A stretch of DNA of 64,000 nucleotides from Bacteroidetes bacterium CG2_30_33_31 (GTDB lineage Bacteria > Bacteroidota > Bacteroidia > Bacteroidales > UBA1556). Made by a program: the position numbers and the translations under genes. Under the pieces are notes generated by a model. That model saw only the letters and a program-made list of their open reading frames with translations, did not search any database and was not told the origin of the DNA. Shown in pieces: positions 59,363-64,000 of this stretch. How positions within the stretch are numbered: position 1 is the first letter of the stretch; each line of letters opens with the position of its first letter. The stretch spans positions 19,109-83,108 of the forward strand of contig MNXP01000029.1 in the NCBI GenBank assembly GCA_001872625.1, given 5' to 3'.

Positions 59363-61918
59363 CTAATTATTTGCTGTGCTATCTTCGTCCCATTCGATTA
59401 TAAACTTGCCGTCTAATTGTTTATTCATTTTTTGAATTTCTGCTTCTTTTACTTTTCTTTTTTCAAGGCGGATATTTTTCTTTTCTTCATTAATAAAATC
59501 TTCCTTTATAGCTTGTTTCAGCGCAACACCCTCTTTTTTAACATCTTCCTTAATTTTTGCGGAAACTTCTTTTTTGTCGTATTTCACTTCAAATTTATCG
59601 CCTTTGCCAATAATATTTAAGAAAATTCGGGTTTTACCAAAGCCATCATCTCTGATAATTCCAAATTCATTTTCCTTTTCAGGCTTTAATTTTTTGCCTA
59701 AAATATCTGAAAGCAAAATGTTCAAATGATAGTTATATTCATTTTCGAAATTATGAGTTCCAAACACATCCATATCCATTTTGTCGGAGCTAACGTGCAT
59801 TTTTGGAATAACGATTTTTTGATCGGCAATGGTGAAATTATTTGTCAGAGTTGAGAATTTAATATGCGAAAAATCGTCAATTTTTGTGTAGTTAGATAAA
59901 GCATTAAGTTCTTTAACATTAAGCAGTTCGCCATTTTCTATTTTAATATTTGCCTCACTTTTTATACTTTTGGGAATAACATTCATTTTAGCATCAAAAG
60001 TAAAATTTGTTGAAATATCGCCACTAATTTTACCTTTAATATTATTAGATTTTATCATTTCTTGGCCAAAATTATTAAAAGCATCGAACAAGCCAGTTAC
60101 ATCAATATTTTGAACATGATTGTTAGTGCTTACTGCTGCCTTTTTACCAGTCAAATACCGGTAATTTAAATCGCCATTTACTTTGCCACCAAGGCAATTG
60201 AGGGAATATTTATCTATCGACCATTCATCGTCAAAGAGGCGGAAAGAGCCTTTTGCTTGATTCATTATTAATTTTTCCCAAGTAAATTTATCAATATCAA
60301 AATTTATCAAAGCAATCCATTTATTTGGTGAGCTTTCTTCATCGCCAAAGGAAATAATTTTCATCAGCTGTTCGAAAGAAATTTCGTTGGCAGCGATATC
60401 AGCCTTTAAATAAAATGGCAATTTATTTAAATTATAAGCAAGATTTAAGTAATTTACAAACTGTGCCTGAATTTTCATGGAGGAATTGGCTGATTTCAAA
60501 TTTACATCCCACAGCTGCAATTTTTCCTTATCAAATTGGATTTTTCCGTTTATTTCAGAGTAAGAAACGGATTGAGATTTTAATTTAAGCATGCAATTTT
60601 GCAAATTGGCCTCGCCTATAATGTTAATAGAATTCAAATCGGCATCTTGCAAATTCTTAATATTACCAGCCAATGAAATACTCACATTAGCTTTCCCTTC
60701 AAGGGTTTCAAGAGATTCTAATTTAAAGAGTTTTTGCACTATTTCGAGCTTTAGATTGGCATTAATTTTTGATTGAACATATAAATTATTGAGGTTATTC
60801 AAATAAATATATCCGCTTAAGTTTCCCATATTAGAACTCCCTTTAAAGGAATTAATTTTGAGATAAGAAGATCTCAAATTTCTTAATGAGCCATTAGAAA
60901 ATGAACCTGAAAGCGACAGATTATTAAATTTTATGCCCGAATTTGGGTCTTCAAGAGAAGCTTTTGAAAGCACAAAATTGGAATTTACTGCAGGCATCAC
61001 AGCGCCACCAATTTCGCCAGCAATATTAAGGTCGATGTCCATAAAACCTTTGATTTTGTATGTCTCAACTTTTTCTAAAATCTTAGGTGGCAGTAATGCT
61101 ACAAGCTGATTTAAGTCGATAGCTTTGGAAGAAATATCGATATCTACCAAGGGAATTTCTGGTTTAAAATTTAAATATCCATCAATATTCAAAGCTATAT
61201 TGGAAAAAACAATTTGTGATTTTTCAAAAACGAGTTTCTCAGTAAGATTTTCATAATTAATTAAAGCGTCGATACTTACATCATGATTTTTAATAATATT
61301 TAAGCCTTCGACAATATATGAATTAATAACAAAATCGCCTTTTATTTTACATTTGAAACCTTGGTTTGAAAATTCCAATGGTAGTTTAAGTTTTTTTAAA
61401 TCAATCAGATAGCTTTGTCGTGAACTTTGATTTTCGAAGCTGAAAAGTATATTTTTCAAAGAGAAATCTTCTACCGAAAGAAAATATTTGGAAGTATCAG
61501 AGCCATCGTTAAAGATATTGAAATTGTTTTGTCCATTTTTATAGATGAGCATATTTATCTTCCCATTTTCGGTGTCAACTTTTTTAAGTATATATTTATG
61601 TCGTAAAATATCGTAGATGCTAAATTGTAGATATAAATTTTTTGCCAAGAAAAATTCCTGATTTTCGTGAATATGAGCATCTTTCACAGAGATGTTTACA
61701 AATCGAAGGCTTGCATTAGGAAATTTGCGCCAGAAACTGAGTTCTATTTTTTTTACATTAATTTCTGCTGAAAATTTTTCGTCTATTTTTTTTATCACAT
61801 AAGCTTTCAATTCATCTTCATAAATATTAGAAAGAACAAGAGCCAAGCCAGCAAGCAGAAGAATGGCGGTGAAGCCAATCAGTAAAGTTCTCCTAATAAT
61901 TCTTATGGTCTTTGTCAT
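59363..61918 (-). CDS. AsmA-like large envelope protein (N-terminal anchor plus long beta-rich periplasmic domain)
   Basis: 851 aa with a single N-terminal TM (LLIGFTAILLLAGLALVL), repetitive beta-strand-like sequence and a K/E-rich C-terminal tail. The architecture is that of AsmA/TamB-like proteins. Confidence 0.45.
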   Translation of the reverse strand: MTKTIRIIRRTLLIGFTAILLLAGLALVLSNIYEDELKAYVIKKIDEKFSAEINVKKIELSFWRKFPNASLRFVNISVKDAHIHENQEFFLAKNLYLQFSIYDILRHKYILKKVDTENGKINMLIYKNGQNNFNIFNDGSDTSKYFLSVEDFSLKNILFSFENQSSRQSYLIDLKKLKLPLEFSNQGFKCKIKGDFVINSYIVEGLNIIKNHDVSIDALINYENLTEKLVFEKSQIVFSNIALNIDGYLNFKPEIPLVDIDISSKAIDLNQLVALLPPKILEKVETYKIKGFMDIDLNIAGEIGGAVMPAVNSNFVLSKASLEDPNSGIKFNNLSLSGSFSNGSLRNLRSSYLKINSFKGSSNMGNLSGYIYLNNLNNLYVQSKINANLKLEIVQKLFKLESLETLEGKANVSISLAGNIKNLQDADLNSINIIGEANLQNCMLKLKSQSVSYSEINGKIQFDKEKLQLWDVNLKSANSSMKIQAQFVNYLNLAYNLNKLPFYLKADIAANEISFEQLMKIISFGDEESSPNKWIALINFDIDKFTWEKLIMNQAKGSFRLFDDEWSIDKYSLNCLGGKVNGDLNYRYLTGKKAAVSTNNHVQNIDVTGLFDAFNNFGQEMIKSNNIKGKISGDISTNFTFDAKMNVIPKSIKSEANIKIENGELLNVKELNALSNYTKIDDFSHIKFSTLTNNFTIADQKIVIPKMHVSSDKMDMDVFGTHNFENEYNYHLNILLSDILGKKLKPEKENEFGIIRDDGFGKTRIFLNIIGKGDKFEVKYDKKEVSAKIKEDVKKEGVALKQAIKEDFINEEKKNIRLEKRKVKEAEIQKMNKQLDGKFIIEWDEDSTANN

Positions 61919-61965
61919 TTTAGCAATAAAATAAAAATCATTAACGCTAATGATTAGCTTTTAGC

Positions 61966-63024
61966 TTATAGAATTTTTAGAAAATTTATTTCTTTAGCAG
62001 AAAGGTAGCGCCATTTGCCGCGAGGCAAATCCTTTTTAGTAAGGCCGCCAAAAATTACTCTATCAAGTTTAACAACTTTATATTCAAGATTTTCAAAAAT
62101 TCTTCTAACAATTCTATTTTTGCCAGAATGAATTTCGATTCCTACATTATTTTTCCCTTTATCATCGACATAAGAAGCTTTATCGGCGGAAATTTTTCCA
62201 TCTTCCAGTTCAATTCCTTCAATGATTTTAAGCAAATCTTTTTTACTCACATCTTTGTCAAGAACAACATGATAAAGCTTGCGAATATTATGTTTTGGGT
62301 GAGTGAGTTTTTTTGCCAAATCGCCATCATTAGTGAAAAGCAAAACTCCTGTGGTATTTTTATCAAGGCGTCCAATAGGATAAATTCTTTCCTTACAAGC
62401 TTTTTCTACCAGCGACATCACTGTTTTTCTTTCTTCAGGATCTTCTGTAGTTGTTATAAATCCTTTGGGTTTATTGAGCAAAACATATTGCAAATTCTCT
62501 GCTTTGAGAGTTTGTCCGTCCATAGAAACCTTGTCTTTTTGGCTCACTTTATAACCCAATTCAGTAATGGTTTTGCCATTTACAGTTATAACGCCAGTTT
62601 CGATAAGAGAATCGGCTTCGCGACGTGAACAAACGCCAGCATGAGCAATATATTTGTTGAGTCTCATGGTTCCGTCGTTGCTGAAAGTTGGTGAAACAGC
62701 GGCGGTTTCTGTTTTTTTATCGCGACCGATTTCTTTTTTAAATCCAGTTTTCACAAATTTACCTTTTTTCTTGTCGCCGATTTCGTCCTTAGAGGAAGAT
62801 TTTACAAAGGTGCTTTTTGGTTTCCCAAATTTACCTTTTCTCTCTTCTCCAATTTCACTTTTAGAAGTAGATTTTACAAATTTGCTTTTTGGTTTCACAA
62901 ATTTACCTTTAGGTTTATCTGAATTGGTTTTAGGCTTATCAGCAGATTTCTTATCTTTATAAAATTTGGTATAACTACCTGATTTTTTAGTGTCTTTCTT
63001 TTCTCCTGGAGTAGATTTGGCCAT
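61966..63024 (-). CDS. rluB: RluB/RsuA-family pseudouridine synthase with an S4 domain and a Lys-rich repeated N-terminal extension
   Basis: S4 domain MRLNKYIAHAGVCSRREADSLI. Catalytic motif GRLDKNTTGVLLFTNDG. KHNIRKLYHVV. The first ~110 aa are Lys-rich with 24-aa tandem repeats. Confidence 0.85.
   Translation of the reverse strand: MAKSTPGEKKDTKKSGSYTKFYKDKKSADKPKTNSDKPKGKFVKPKSKFVKSTSKSEIGEERKGKFGKPKSTFVKSSSKDEIGDKKKGKFVKTGFKKEIGRDKKTETAAVSPTFSNDGTMRLNKYIAHAGVCSRREADSLIETGVITVNGKTITELGYKVSQKDKVSMDGQTLKAENLQYVLLNKPKGFITTTEDPEERKTVMSLVEKACKERIYPIGRLDKNTTGVLLFTNDGDLAKKLTHPKHNIRKLYHVVLDKDVSKKDLLKIIEGIELEDGKISADKASYVDDKGKNNVGIEIHSGKNRIVRRIFENLEYKVVKLDRVIFGGLTKKDLPRGKWRYLSAKEINFLKIL
62713..62910 (-). 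repeat. Intragenic 72-bp (24-aa) tandem repeat, about 2.75 copies, in the N-terminal extension of the pseudouridine synthase
   Basis: KGKFVKPKSKFVKSTSKSEIGEER / KGKFGKPKSTFVKSSSKDEIGDKK / KGKFVKTGFKKEIGRDKK. AAATTTACCTTT recurs on the plus strand at about 72-nt spacing. Confidence 0.85.
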
Positions 63025-63059
63025 ATATTTAAATTTAAACTTATTTCGATTTCAGGCTG

Positions 63060-63067
63060 CAAAAGTA
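63060..63067 (-). promoter_or_regulatory. -7 box TACTTTTG upstream of the rluB-like gene
   Basis: Exact match on the minus strand 35 nt before the ATG at 63024. Confidence 0.45.
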
Positions 63068-63340
63068 AGCTAATAAATTTTGATTAATTTAAATCATTTT
63101 TGGAAATATCCGTAATCTGCGTTCTGAATTAATTGAAATGTTAAGAAACACGGGATAATAAAAGCTAATGTTACTGTTATGAATAACATCTTTGTGGTAG
63201 CACAGGATGATTAAAACTTGTAAATGTAATTTTTTTGATGCAGCCACTTAACAAAATGATTCCTATTATTTATCCAAACACTGGGAAAACTGCAAACTAA
63301 AAACCATAATAGACTCAACAGAATCAATATATTTTAAAGA

Positions 63341-63376
63341 CCGTAAGTGATACATATTTTCAAGTATAGCTTACGG
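63341..63376. terminator. Hairpin downstream of the partial OMP gene (probable terminator)
   Basis: CCGTAAGTGATAC...GTATAGCTTACGG forms a 13-bp stem with a 2-nt internal mismatch. Both sides are T-rich. It lies 69 nt past the stop at 63445 in the minus direction. Confidence 0.4.
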
Positions 63377-63444
63377 ACTTTATTGTTTTATAGAAGATTA
63401 AATATTAGAAAATCGAAATCTTATTTTTTAATTCGCAAAATCGA

Positions 63445-64000
63445 TTAAAACTCAAAAAGCTTTAATCTATATATGACTCCTAGAGTAAAATTGAATTTAA
63501 AACCTACTGTATTTCCTGAAGTAGAACTCATATAATATGGGAAACGAGGATGAAAGAAATTGGTAGTATGAGTATCCATTCTAAACTCAAATTCAAAATT
63601 ATTCACTTCTTTTTGAATTGCTGCGGTAATTATATAGCCCAAATCTAAATATGGGTTGAGTGTGTAAAATAAATCTATATCTTCAGAAACTGGCCCTAAT
63701 CCTAAGCTAATTTTAAAAGGAAAGTTTTTAATCTTTTTAATTTTGTAATTTACTTCTGCAAAGCCAATAAACCAATGATTAGCAAACAAATTGACAGGTG
63801 TTGTTAAATAAAAATTTTGATATTTCAGTCTGGCATTTAATCCAAATTTTTGGTTTTTGGACTGCAAATTTAATCCCGCAACTGCACCAAATATTTTCTT
63901 GTTAACACTAAAATATCCGCCTCCATCAAGACTTAAAGAATATTTATTATTGATGGAGTCTGACTGACAAATTCCTTGATTGATAAATCCGGCAAAAATG
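63445..64000 (-). CDS. Outer-membrane beta-barrel-like protein, 5' end outside the window
   Basis: The frame stays open upstream of the track's TTG (63867) to base 64000 (..IFAGFINQGICQSDSINNKYSLSLDGGGYFSV..). The beta-strand pattern alternates and the protein ends in F. Confidence 0.4.
   Translation of the reverse strand, partial: IFAGFINQGICQSDSINNKYSLSLDGGGYFSVNKKIFGAVAGLNLQSKNQKFGLNARLKYQNFYLTTPVNLFANHWFIGFAEVNYKIKKIKNFPFKISLGLGPVSEDIDLFYTLNPYLDLGYIITAAIQKEVNNFEFEFRMDTHTTNFFHPRFPYYMSSTSGNTVGFKFNFTLGVIYRLKLFEF

Noticed and set aside
62128-62962. Plus-strand ORFs 62128-62628 and 62654-62962 opposite the pseudouridine synthase
   Set aside because: They are antisense shadows of a Lys-rich gene (Phe/Leu/Ser-rich translations). 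The minus-strand product has clear S4 and catalytic motifs.
63094-63189. 31-aa minus-strand ORF (MLFITVTLAFIIPCFLTFQLIQNADYGYFQK) in the 420-bp gap upstream of the rluB-like gene
   Set aside because: It has no promoter box, no terminator and no family resemblance, and ORFs of this length arise easily by chance. It is not reported as a feature.
1-64000. Search for tRNA, rRNA, tmRNA, RNase P, SRP RNA, transposase/integrase, phage or defence genes
   Set aside because: No GGTTCGAATCC-type T-arm, no GC-rich structured island in any intergenic gap, and no recognisable recombinase, nuclease, reverse-transcriptase or cas-like protein appears in the six-frame track. This was a scan by eye, so small or divergent RNAs could have been missed.

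Overview
This is a strongly AT-rich, gene-dense chromosomal segment that reads as Bacteroidota. The evidence: two proteins end in T9SS type-A sorting domains, a CarboxypepD_reg-type TonB-dependent receptor is paired with a DUF4249-like lipoprotein, and exact TAnnTTTG -7 promoter boxes sit in front of about 20 transcription units. I support about 50 CDS. Most are housekeeping or envelope genes: lutB-like, ybeY, mnmG, tdk, lepA, kbl, rluB-like, thpR, a DAHP synthase/chorismate mutase fusion, two aldehyde dehydrogenases, a TetR-TolC-MFP-RND efflux operon, a Wzx-like flippase, an M23/LysM peptidase and a 1205-aa orphan sensor kinase. Three plausible short genes are missing from the >=60-aa ORF track, and several track start codons look too far upstream. 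I recognised no rRNA, tRNA, CRISPR array, transposase, integrase or phage gene, so this does not look like a mobile or defence island. I found no clear-cut novel multi-gene system. The observations most worth a second look are:
1. A ~310-bp non-coding array of AGATTG cores spaced about one helical turn apart. It fills the gap between the flippase stop codon and an adhesin-like OMP gene (7662-7973).
2. An EF-G paralogue whose catalytic switch-II His and NKxD Lys are replaced (50885-53011).
3. A lipoprotein / degenerate ABC ATPase / FtsX-type permease module followed by a 1125-aa Lys/Glu-rich membrane protein (26678-33624).
4. A promoter-plus-strong-terminator pair with no convincing ORF, a candidate ~155-nt sRNA (41058-41251).
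Family names (DUFxxxx etc.) come from motif recognition and memory, not from a search, and need HMM confirmation.
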